Source of the DNA: Fonticula alba ATCC 38817
Taxonomy: Eukaryota; Protista; Nucleariida
Assembly (NCBI GenBank): GCA_000388065.2
Contig: KB932205.1
DNA: 44,556 nucleotides
Strand: one strand, 5' to 3'
Shown here: positions 12,285-22,456 of the stretch, piece by piece
Layout: every line of letters begins with the position of its first letter
Position numbering within the stretch: position 1 is the stretch's first letter
Program-made: the position numbers and the translations under genes
Notes under the pieces: generated by a model
The model's input: only the letters and a program-made list of their open reading frames with translations
Told to the model about the DNA's origin: nothing
Database searches by the model: none

Positions 12285-15200
12285 ATGTCCACGAAGTTCA
12301 ACCGCCCGCGCATCGAGGATGTCCTCACCCAGCGCTTCTTCATTCGCCCCTCCTTCGACATCTACGGCCCGGTCGGTGGTCTGTACGATCTCGGCCCCCC
12401 GGGGTCTGCTCTGCAGGCCAACCTGCTCGAGGAGTGGCGCCGCTTCTTCGTGGTCGAGGACCAGATCCTCGAGCTGGACACCTCCATCATGACCAAGGAG
12501 GATGTCTTCCGGTGCGCAGCCTCGCTCTGGCTTGCCTGTGTCGTCCCTCCCGGCTCCTCCGCTGACTTTCCCCACCTCTCTTTCCCCCCCCCCCCCTCCC
12601 CCCGGGTCCTGTGCTCAGCACGTCCGGCCACATTGAGCGCTTCACCGACTTCCTCGTCCGCGATGTCGTCACCCACGAGAGCCTGCGTGCTGACCACCTT
12701 CTGGAGGGTATGCATGCGCCTCCTTCCTCCCGGCCCCCTCTCAAAGGGCCCCCCCTTTCCCGGTTTCTTGCTCACCCTGTCCAACCCCCCCCCCCCCCCC
12801 TCGGTGCTGCCCTGCCCTCGTTCCCACCCGTGGCCAGAGTTCCTCACCAACTATCTGGCCAAGGCCAAGGTCTCCGATGAGACCCGCGCCGAGATCGAGG
12901 ATGTCATCAAGCGTGTATGTGTCGCAGTCCCTCTCTCTCTCTCCGCCCCCCCCTCTCCCCCTGCTCTATCCCCCGTCGAGTGACTGTTTGCTGACCCTTC
13001 CCCGCCGCCGCCTTTCAGGTTGACGACTACAGCGGCGAGGAGCTTGGCGCTGTCATGAAGAAGTACAACGTCAAGTCCCCGGCTGGCAACGACATCACCG
13101 ACCCCGCCCCCTTCAACCTGATGTTCTCTTCGAACATCGGCCCCCAGGGCAACGTCAAGGGGTACGTTTCCGGCTTCTCACTGGGGGGGGGGGGTCAAGG
13201 CCCTCCCCATGCTGTTCACCCTCTCCTCGGTTCCTGACCAAGTCCTCTCTCTCTCTCTCTCTCTGTCCTCCCTCCCCTCCCACCCCTGTGACTCCGCACG
13301 ATAGTTACCTTCGCCCGGAGACCGCTCAGGGGATGTTCGTCAACTTCAAGTACCTGTACGAGTACAACAACTGCCGGATGCCCTTCGCCGCGTCGCAGAT
13401 CGGCCGCGCCTTCCGTAACGAGATTTCCCCCCGGTCCGGCCTCCTGCGTGTTCGGTGCGCCCACTTTCCCCTGCCCCCTATTCGCTGATGTCGCTCGCTG
13501 CCTCGCGCTTCGGGGGCTTCCATTCGCCTGTCCGCGCGCACACGCACACACGCCCGATCACCTTCTCTTTGTCCCGCTCCCCTCTAACCTCTCCTCCCCC
13601 CCCCCCCGCCCCCCCTCTTCCTCCTCCTCCTGGCGCCCTGGTCAGTGAGTTCACCATGGCCGAGATCGAGCACTTCGTCCATCCCGACCGCAAGGACCAC
13701 CCCAAGTTCGTGACCGTCAAGGACATGGTGGTCCCCCTGTACCCTGCCCCGCCTCGTGACAAGTACGTGTGTGCCTGGGCCCTCGGCAGGCCTTGTGCCG
13801 TAGGGGGGTCCCTTCTCCGCGCTTCCTGGCCGGTCTTCCCCACCTGCTTGGGGGCCCCTTCTCTAACCTCCTCCCGCGCATTTCGCCGCTCTCCAACCAC
13901 AGCCCCGATCAGCCCCGCGAGATGGTCCACATGACCCTCGGCGACGCGGTGTCCCAGGGCATCATCAACAACGAGACCCTCGGCTACTTCCTTGGCCGCA
14001 TCTTCCTGTTCGCCAAGCGCATTGGCCTGCTGCCGGAGCACCTGCGCTTCCGCCAGCACGGTCTCAACGAGATGGCCCACTACGCCGCCGATTGCTGGGA
14101 TCTCGAGGTGGAGACCTCCTACGTGCGCCCGCCCCGTCCTCTCCCCTGCCGTGCCCCTTGCCGCCGCCTTGCTGCTGTGTGGCCTGCGCCGCATGCCCGA
14201 CTGACCACATTTCCATTCCCCCCTCCCCCCCCCGCTCCCCCCTCTCCTCCGTCCTCGTCTCTCCCTGCGCTCGCGGCCACAGGGCTGGGTCGAGTGTGTC
14301 GGCTGCGCTGACCGCTCCTGCTACGATCTGTCTCGCCATGAGGAGGTCACCCGCAAGGGCCTGGTCGCGGTCGAGCGCCTGGAGGAGCCTTACTTCGAGG
14401 TTCAGCGCAACCTGAAGCTGAACACCGGCGCCATTGCCAAGACCTTCCGCCAGCTGACCAACACCGTGAAGAACCACTTCCAGGGCATGGGCCAGGCGGA
14501 GCTGGAGGCCCTGCAGGAGCAGATCAAGGCCATCGGCAGCGGGAACCTGTCGTTCACCATCGACGGCCAGACTCACGAGATCGACGTCAGCTACCTGACC
14601 ATCACCGAGACCACCAAGAAGGTCGAGGGTGCGTACCCCCGCCCGCCGCAGGCCTGCCGCCTTCGCGCGCGCGTGCACACACACACGCACGCGAGGCCGC
14701 CTCCGTCCCCGGTGCTCCGACTGACGATCCAATTGTTCCTCGCCCCCCCCCCCCCTCCTCCTCCCCCGTCTCCCCATGGCAGTGCGCGAGTTCGTCCCCG
14801 GTGTCATTGAGCCGTCCTTCGGTATCGGCCGCCTGCTCTACTGCATCCTGGAGCACACCTTCACCCTGCGCGAGGAGGACACCGCCCGCAGCTACTTCCG
14901 CTTCAGCCCGCGTCTGGCCCCGGTCAAGGCGGTCCTGGCCCCGCTGTCCAACAACGCTGCCTTCACCCCGCTGATCGAGAAGCTCTGTATGTTCTCCGCG
15001 TCTGCCCCCCCCGCCCGCACCCCTCCCTGTTGGCTGTGACTCTGACCATCCTCCTCCTCCTCCTCCTCCCCGCTGCTCTCCCGCCTCCCCCCCCCCCCTC
15101 CTTCAGCTGCCGACCTCCGCAAGCACACCATCATGTACCGCATCGATGACTCGTCCAGCTCCATCGGCCGCCGGTATGCGCGCCTCGATGAGATCGGTGT

Positions 15201-15396
15201 CCCCTTCGCCCTGACCGTGGACTTCGAGTCTGTCAAGAACGAGACCTGCACCCTGCGCTTCCGTGACGACCCGCGCAGCCAGGTCCGCATGCCGATGGCC
15301 GAGGCCGGTGCCCTGGTCGCGGATCTGGTGGCCGGTACGACCACCTGGGAGGCCGTCCTGGCCAAGTACCCCCTGCACACTGCGCAGGATGTCTAA
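12285..15396 (+). CDS. GARS1: Glycyl-tRNA synthetase, eukaryotic homodimeric type, 620 aa, no WHEP domain; 10 exons: 12285-12511, 12619-12707, 12838-12914, 13019-13161, 13305-13454, 13646-13762, 13903-14122, 14283-14628, 14783-14986, 15107-15396
   Basis: Motifs [80 protein letters not shown] and the anticodon domain [12 protein letters not shown]. All nine introns are GT-AG and restore frame. Exon sum is 1863 nt. Confidence 0.97.
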
Positions 15397-16175
15397 GTGC
15401 CATGAGCATGGGACCTTGGGGGGAGGACCATGTGCGAGGCCTCTTCTGGTCGTCGTCCGTATGCGTCGGTTGCTGCTGTTGCGTGCGCGCACACCTGCTA
15501 CTCTGCCCCTCTCCCCCTCCCGGTTTGTATGGCACCTGCATCCGCCCGCCTTTGCTTGTGCGTAGGATGGACGCTTCCCGCTGGGTGCGTTGCTGTGCAT
15601 GTGTACGCCCTGCTGGCGCGAATAAAGATGGGGTGTCTATTTTCTCCCCCCCCCCCCCTCCCCACCTTTCAGCGTGCATGAGCTTCCGCACAGGTCAAAG
15701 GTGCACACCCGCGCACAGATGCATTTACATACACCCGCACACATGTATGTGGGTGTGCGCACCACCACAGTCCCTCCGGGAAGCACCCAGCCCCCGCTCA
15801 AGGACAAGACCGCTTGCCATCAAGAGCGTGGAGATGAGAGAGTGTGCAGAGATACATTGGAGGGGGGGGGGGGGAACGCAGGCAGGAGATGGACATTTTC
15901 GGAAGGGGAGACACGGGGGAGAGGGAGGTGCGTGTGCAGAATATCAAGGCCTCGGCAGCAGAGCGCCATGACCGGCCTTTTGCTGTTCGGTGTGCGCTCG
16001 TCATGACACTCGCGCGCCTCGCTCTCTCCCTCTGACATGGTGAGAGAGAGAGGAGCCGTGAGAGAGAAAAAAAAGGGGGAAGAAAGAGACACAGGAGCGG
16101 GAGGGGGGAGGAAGGGGCCTGCGACACAGGGAACACCTTCTCCCTGCCCCCTCCCCCCCTCCCCATGTTGCGCGC

Positions 16176-17429
16176 TTAGTTGGCCAGGGTCTTGGGCATG
16201 CCGGCCGCGTCGAGCAGCGAGGCCTCAGGGTCGGCGATAACCTCCGGACCACCGCCAGGCAGGGAGAAGAGCAGGCCGTCCACGGCGCCGGGGGCCGCCT
16301 GGAAGGGGGCGACCAGCTCGGCGGTGGCGGCGGGGTTGGCGGGGGCGTAGTCGGCAGCCGCCCAGGCAGGCAGGACCTCGTCGTGGGCATCGGAGAACCA
16401 GGCATCGCCGTTGGCACGCAGGCCATTGGCCGGGCGGTAGAGGGCGGCCACGGCATCGAGCCAGGCACGGCAGGCCTCGCGCTTGATGTAGACCACGGCA
16501 TTGGGGCCGGCGTCGTAGGTGTACGCGGCCATGATGGCGCCCTGCTGCTCGTTGAAGCGGTGCACCAGCTGAATCAGGTCGCGCGAGGTGTCGTTCAGGT
16601 AGAAAATCGGCGGGTAGGTGTCCAGGCAGGTGGCATGGAACTGGTTGCTGTCCTCCATGGTGAGCTTGGCGAAGGCGTCGAAGTCGCGAGCGGCGATGGC
16701 CTGGCGCATGGCCTCCATGCGGGCCGGGACCACGTGCGCCGCGCGGTAGGTGTGCAGCGGGGAGGTGCGCACGGTGGTCTGCATGCCGGAGGTGGAAGAG
16801 ACGGTCTTCTTCTCGGCCGAGACGATGTGCACGAAGATGGCCATCTCCGGCCAGTGGCCCTCGTCGGCCAGCTGGACGGCGTGGCTGCCGAAGTCCTCGT
16901 CCTCCGGGCTGGCGGCCTCCTCGTAGCCGTGCTCCCAGGCGACGTAGCCGCCGAAGAGCGACCGGCAGGCCGAGCCGGAGCCCTGGCGAGCGATGCCGGA
17001 CAGGACGTCATTGCCGGCCTGCAGGCCGTACGCCTTGGCCAGGGAGAAGGCCAGGCAGGCGAAGCCGGAGGCCGAAGAGGCCAGCCCGGCGGCCGTGGGG
17101 AAGGAGTTGTGCGAGGCGACGTGCGCGTGCCACTCGGCCCGGGGGTTGCCCTCCTGGCGGGCAAGGCGCCGGATCAGGTCGAAGACCTTGGCCAGGCGGG
17201 TGCCCGCGCGCGAGGCATTGGCATCCTCCTTGCCGTTGAGCCACAGCCGGTCGGCCGGGTGCTCGGGGCTCAGGTGCACGGAGGTGGTGGTCCGGAGGGC
17301 CTTCTGGCTGAGGGTGACCGAGATCGAGCCGTTGGTGGGGAGGTTGCGCTCGACATCGCGCTTGCCCCAGTACTTGATGATGGCGATGTTGACCGGGGCG
17401 GTGCAGGTGACGGAGGCGGACTCGGACAT
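16176..17429 (-). CDS. MVD: Diphosphomevalonate decarboxylase (GHMP kinase fold), 417 aa, intronless
   Basis: APVNIAIIKYWGKRD, NSFPTAAGLASSASG, ARQGSGSACRSLFGG, DSNQFHATCLDTYPPIFYLN and AYTYDAGPNAV. The ATG lies 20 nt from an N gap but sits in a good ACACCATG context. Confidence 0.95.
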   Translation of the reverse strand: MSESASVTCTAPVNIAIIKYWGKRDVERNLPTNGSISVTLSQKALRTTTSVHLSPEHPADRLWLNGKEDANASRAGTRLAKVFDLIRRLARQEGNPRAEWHAHVASHNSFPTAAGLASSASGFACLAFSLAKAYGLQAGNDVLSGIARQGSGSACRSLFGGYVAWEHGYEEAASPEDEDFGSHAVQLADEGHWPEMAIFVHIVSAEKKTVSSTSGMQTTVRTSPLHTYRAAHVVPARMEAMRQAIAARDFDAFAKLTMEDSNQFHATCLDTYPPIFYLNDTSRDLIQLVHRFNEQQGAIMAAYTYDAGPNAVVYIKREACRAWLDAVAALYRPANGLRANGDAWFSDAHDEVLPAWAAADYAPANPAATAELVAPFQAAPGAVDGLLFSLPGGGPEVIADPEASLLDAAGMPKTLAN

Positions 17430-17449
17430 GGTGTGTCGGGGGGGGGGGG

Positions 17450-17617
17450 NNNNNNNNNNNNNNNNNNNNNNNNNNNNNNNNNNNNNNNNNNNNNNNNNNN
17501 NNNNNNNNNNNNNNNNNNNNNNNNNNNNNNNNNNNNNNNNNNNNNNNNNNNNNNNNNNNNNNNNNNNNNNNNNNNNNNNNNNNNNNNNNNNNNNNNNNNN
17601 NNNNNNNNNNNNNNNNN
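17450..17617. other. Assembly gap just upstream of MVD
   Basis: N run flanked by G tracts. Confidence 1.
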
Positions 17618-19062
17618 AGGGGGGGGGGAGGGAGGGGGCGGGGCGATGGGGATACCTTTCGAGCGTGGGGGGAGGAGGGTCTTGGTGGCGAGGGGGCCGG
17701 CGAGCCTGACCGGGGAGATGGCTCGAGTTGTACCCTCCGCGCGTCTGTCCTCCGCCCCCCCCCCCCCCCGCCCTTCCCCCAAGTCCCGGCGGTGGGTCCT
17801 TCAGCCGGCTGCTCGATGTCGGCGGTGTGTGGGCGCCACAGTGCCGAGCCTGACGCTCGAGTCGTGGTGGGGCGCCGGCGTCCGGCAGCCGGTGCGGGCC
17901 GCGCGGTGCGCGACAGGGCATGCATTCCCCCGGTGCGTCCGTGCATGATGCGAGTGTGTCTTCCCTGCGGGGGGGGGGGGATCACCCTCAGCGCCGGGTC
18001 CGAGGACACACCAGCGCCCTGGCGCGGCCGTGCTCGGGAGGGGGGGGGGGAGGCAGGCGGCGCCGAGGGACTGGGCCTCGGGCCGGCCGAATGACCTGAT
18101 ACCGGTCGCTCCGGTCCGGAGGGAGCCGGAGAAATGGCGGGAGATCGCATGGCCAACCCGCGCGGGCGGCTCGGGCGGTGCTTCCATTGAAGAACGGTTC
18201 TCTTATTCGTGCTGAATAGTATTCCGCCCATGTGATACACCCCTACGAGCATCCCCGTGCTCCGGGGCCCTCGTACCGTCGGGGTCCGAGACTCCGTCGG
18301 GGCCGGCCGCGGGGGAACGAGGGGCGCGCCCCGATCGGGGCATCCCGCCACCCGCGCCCCGAAGGCCGGCCAGGGGGCCCGCGACGATCTGCACTGCGTG
18401 CGGGTTTGTTTACTCCCGCGGGTATTAGTAGAGGCCCACGGCCCCGGGCGCGTCTCTGTCAGTAGACGCGGCAGGAATGCGCGCGGGCGGCCTCGGTCTG
18501 TTGTTTTTGATGCCTGCAATCGGCCAGAGTTGGGTGGATGCCTGCTTGTATGTGTGCGTGGTTGCCAGGGCGGGGGGGGGGGGGGGGCCTTTGGCCAGAT
18601 CTCGTAGATCGCGGGTGAGGACCCCCGTGGCAGGGGATGGTTCCTTTTTTTTTCTCCCGCGTCCCTTCTCCTCCTGCGGGGCCGAAAGACGCGAGGCCGG
18701 TGCTCGAGATCGCCGAGCCGGGCGCGGGCAATCATTTGCCAAGGCGGTGCCCGGGGGGCATGCTCCGTGGTTTTTGCCTGCCGGTGCCCTTTGGCGGTGG
18801 CCCAGACTCCATCACCTTTGGATCGGACCTGCGACGGCAGCCCCCGGGGAATGGACCCGCTTGCGCTTTTGCCCGCGGTCGGAAAGGTCGCTGCCCGACA
18901 CACAGCACAGCCTCCCGGCTGAGGCCGGCGGCCATGGTGGTGTTCCCCGCGAAGGCCTTCGACGGAGGGGACGAGGGCCGGACCGAAGATAGCGGCAGAA
19001 GAGGGAGCCCGTGGGCGCCTCCTCGCCCCGGGCAGGCAATACCCCTCCCTCTGTTGCATCTC

Positions 19063-19064
<2 letters not shown>

Positions 19065-19096
<32 letters not shown>
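19065..19096 (+). repeat. (CA)16 microsatellite upstream of the PRM1-like gene
   Basis: Direct reading. Confidence 0.95.
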
Positions 19097-19098
<2 letters not shown>

Positions 19099-19359
19099 AC
19101 CTTCTGACAGAGCCGCCTTTCTCATCCCACACTCCTTGACTTGGGCCCTCGCCCCTTGCCTCCGCCCCGCTGTCCCGCCTCTCGCGACCCCTTCTCTCCG
19201 ACCCGATTGCCGACGCCGTGCGACGAGTCATCTGGCCAGAAGAGGTCCCGCGCGCCGCGAGCTCGCCCCGCACCATCGATACACACACAAACAAGGACAC
19301 GCACACACACACACACACAAGGACACACACAGATACGCCCACCCCTTCGACAGTCAAGG

Positions 19360-21653
19360 ATGGGCCAAAAGCAAGCCTGTACGTGCCGCCAAAAGGACGG
19401 CCCCCGGCCGGCGGCTTGAAGATGCCTCGCCCCTGCCCCCAACTAACGCGGTGGTTTTGCTTTCGCTCTTTTTTTTTTGCACCCCTCCCGGCGCGCGGGG
19501 CAGACAAACGGTCCAAGACCTCCCGGCTGGCGGGGCTGATCATCTTCTTCCGCGCGGCCTTCTGCCTGACGGTCTTGGGGCTCGGCATCGCCGCCAGCTA
19601 TACCTACTCCCTGAGCGGGTACCTGGAGCAGATGCACGAACGAACGCGCTCCGCCGCGCACGGGGCATGCATGCTGGCGGAGGACACCCTGCGCGGGGCG
19701 GTGGCCCTGCCGGAGCGCGCGGCCCAGGCCATCGACGAGGCCCTGGTGTCGGCCACCAATGCCGGGGCCGGGCTGCTGGAGGCCGCGGCAGCCGGGGCCA
19801 CCTCCGGGGCGGTCGACGCGCTGGAAGCCTCCACCGAGATGCTGGTCCGGGGGATGACCTGCTCGGTGGACCAGCAGCTGGAGAGCCTGCTGACCCTGGC
19901 AGCCGGCCAGGCGGATGCCGCGCAGCTGGTGGCCGACGGGTCGGTGCTGCTGGCACGCAGTGCCCTTCGAGCCGCGGAAAACATCACCTCCAGCATCCTG
20001 TCGGCCTTCGACCAGTTGACCCAGGGCGTGGTGCGCCAGTGGAATGACCTGCTGGATGGCCTGGCGCGGACCTTCCCCGGGCTGAATGCCCCGGCGCTGA
20101 TGCTGCCGCCGGCCCCCCGGCGACCGACCTTCCCCCAATTGGAGGATGTGGATGTGCGAGGCCCGGTGCTGGCGGCCCTGGCCCAGGTCCCGGCCCCGGG
20201 GTCGCTGGTGGGCGACACCGTCCAGCGGCAAATCACCCGCGGGATGGAGGCCCTGCGCGAGGTGGCCGCCGGGGCGCGGCCCACATTGGATCACCTCCGG
20301 CTGCCGGCCGGGTCTCGGCCGCTGGACGCGGCGGCCAGCATGCGCGAGGCCCTGGCCCGGGCCGACGACGTGTTGAGCTTCTGCGCGCGGGTGGACTACC
20401 GGCCCCTGGACGAGGTGTTCCGCTTTGCGCGCATGGTGGTGGACATCGGCACCGCGGTGCTCATCTGCCTGGCGGTCATGTACGCCACCGGGGCCGGGCT
20501 CAGTGCCTACTCTTCCTACCGGTGGAATCGCGTTCTCTGGCTGAGTGCCCTTCGTGGCCGGGGCCGGGATGGCGACCGGCCGGCCGGCCAGCCGGGCCCA
20601 TGGCCCGACAAGAGCTGGTGGTCGCGCGCCATCGCCGCCACTTGGACCTGGATCCGGCACTTCCTGGCCGTGGCCCATCACCCCCCCTCGCTGACCATGC
20701 TGCTGATCGGCCTCATCGGGGTGGTCATCTGTGCGCTGGTGCTCTTCGGCCTGCACCGGGCCGAGGATAGCTTCATCGAGCAGGTGGTCCCGGCCATGAC
20801 CGCCTCGCTGGAGGCCGCGTCGCAGGGGCTGCTACAGGTGACCATGGAGGCGTCGGCCGCGGCCGCCGGCCGGGCCAATGCCCAAATCGCCGGCATCGAG
20901 AATGCCCTGGCAGCGTACACCCGGCTGAGCAATGCCGGCCCGGTGGAGCTGTCCCCGGGCCCGGTGCTGGATGCCCTGGACCTGATCGACAAGACGTGGA
21001 AGCAAAATGGCGCGTCGGTCTTCCTGCCGATCTCCTGCACCATCGACACCATCAAGCGGGTCCTGGCCGGCCTGAGTCAGGTGGACTTCGCGGCGCTCCT
21101 GCCGCGGCTGGCCTTCCCGCGCGTGCCGGAGGACATCCTGGCCTTGGATGCGTCGGCCGTGCCGCGCCTGGCGGGTGATGGCATTGCCACGGCCGCCAGC
21201 GCCTCGATCGAGGCCTGCCGGCGGTACATCCGCCAAACGCGCAACGGCTTCATTGTCATGCTCATCTTCGGGGCATGTGTCCCGGCGGCGGCCATCATCT
21301 ACGCCACGGTCATGGTGGTCCAGGGCCAGGGGCCGGCCGATGACCCGGTGGCCGCCCACCGGCGCGCTCGCCAATCGGCCAGCGGCCAGGAGCAGCAGCA
21401 GCAGCAGCAGGCCCCCCTGGAGAAGGAGGGCGCTGTCGCCGCATCGCCGCCCATCCCACCGCGCGGCAACGCCGGTCTGACCCACCGCGGCCCGGCGCCG
21501 GCTGCCGGGGCCACCGCCATGGCCACGAACATCCCGCCGCGGCCGCCCCGATCCACGGACGGCTTCATCGTCCGGCCGCCGCTCGGGGGAGGGGTCAGCC
21601 CACTCACGCATGGGGGGTTCTGCCCGCCGCCCCCGGGACCATCATCCTTCTAG
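19360..21653 (+). CDS. PRM1: Prm1-like multi-pass plasma-membrane fusion protein, ~722 aa; exons 19360-19378 and 19504-21653
   Basis: Four TM segments flank two large loops. Cys motifs GACMLAEDTLRGAVALP, MTCSVD, LSFCAR and LPISCTID sit where fungal Prm1 has its conserved cysteines. The first intron GTACGT(19379)...ACTAAC...GCAG(19503) gives MGQKQAYKRSK. Recognised from memory of the family, not by a search. Confidence 0.68.
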
Positions 21654-21804
21654 TGCGCCCCCCGTGGAGGGGGGACCCCCGATGTGCGCCGCCGGGGCCC
21701 GGAGGCGATGGGGCCCGAGCCATGTGCCGGCGCCACCCAATATAGACAACACATACACCCGCCTGAAGGGGACATCCGGGGCTGTGAAAGGCCGGGGCAG
21801 ACCA

Positions 21805-21872
21805 AGGGCGAGGGCGAGGGCGAGGGCGAGGGCGAGGGCGAGGTCGTGAGCGAGACAAGGACAAGGACAAGG
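21805..21872 (+). repeat. Compound hexamer repeat (AGGGCG)6 ... (ACAAGG)3 downstream of the PRM1-like stop
   Basis: Direct reading. Confidence 0.9.
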
Positions 21873-22456
21873 GCAGCATCATGACACAATCACCCAAAAG
21901 TTGCCCCGCTCTTCCCCCTAGATGGGGCCACCACCGCCACCCCACGCATGCGGCGCGGGCCCGGGCGTTCCACCGGGCGGCAACGGCGGCCCGCCCCCCC
22001 GTCCCGCCTACCTCGCCCCCGACGGGGACCCCGGCCGATCCATGGCGATGGTGGCGCCCCTCGTCTCACACGTCCGTGGGCACATCCCCCACCTGGCCCG
22101 CCCCGCGGCACAGCGCGTCCCGCCTCTTTCGTGCGGTGGAGGGCGGGGGGGGGGGGGGGGACGCCCGGCTCGGACGCCGGGCCCCTGCGATCGTTCGAGG
22201 CGAGTCTGCCGTCCGTTTTGAACCCCAGAGACAGGCCGGGGGGGGACGAGGCCGGGGCGTGTTCGCCGGGCCAACGGCCATAAGGCGCGGCGCGTCCCGG
22301 CCTCGGGGAGCCTCTGCTCGAGCGGCGACATCGCTCTCCAACCACCTCCCCCCCCCCTCCCTCCCCCCGCCCCTGTCCTGTGCCCTCTCCCCCTCCTCTC
22401 TCCCCTCTCCGCCCTACCTGCGCCATTTCCCGAACGAAAGCGATGCCTCCGTCGTC

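Noticed and set aside
17981-17990. ATCACCCTCA resembling the sterol regulatory element near MVD
   Set aside because: Only a partial match to ATCACCCCAC, expected by chance.
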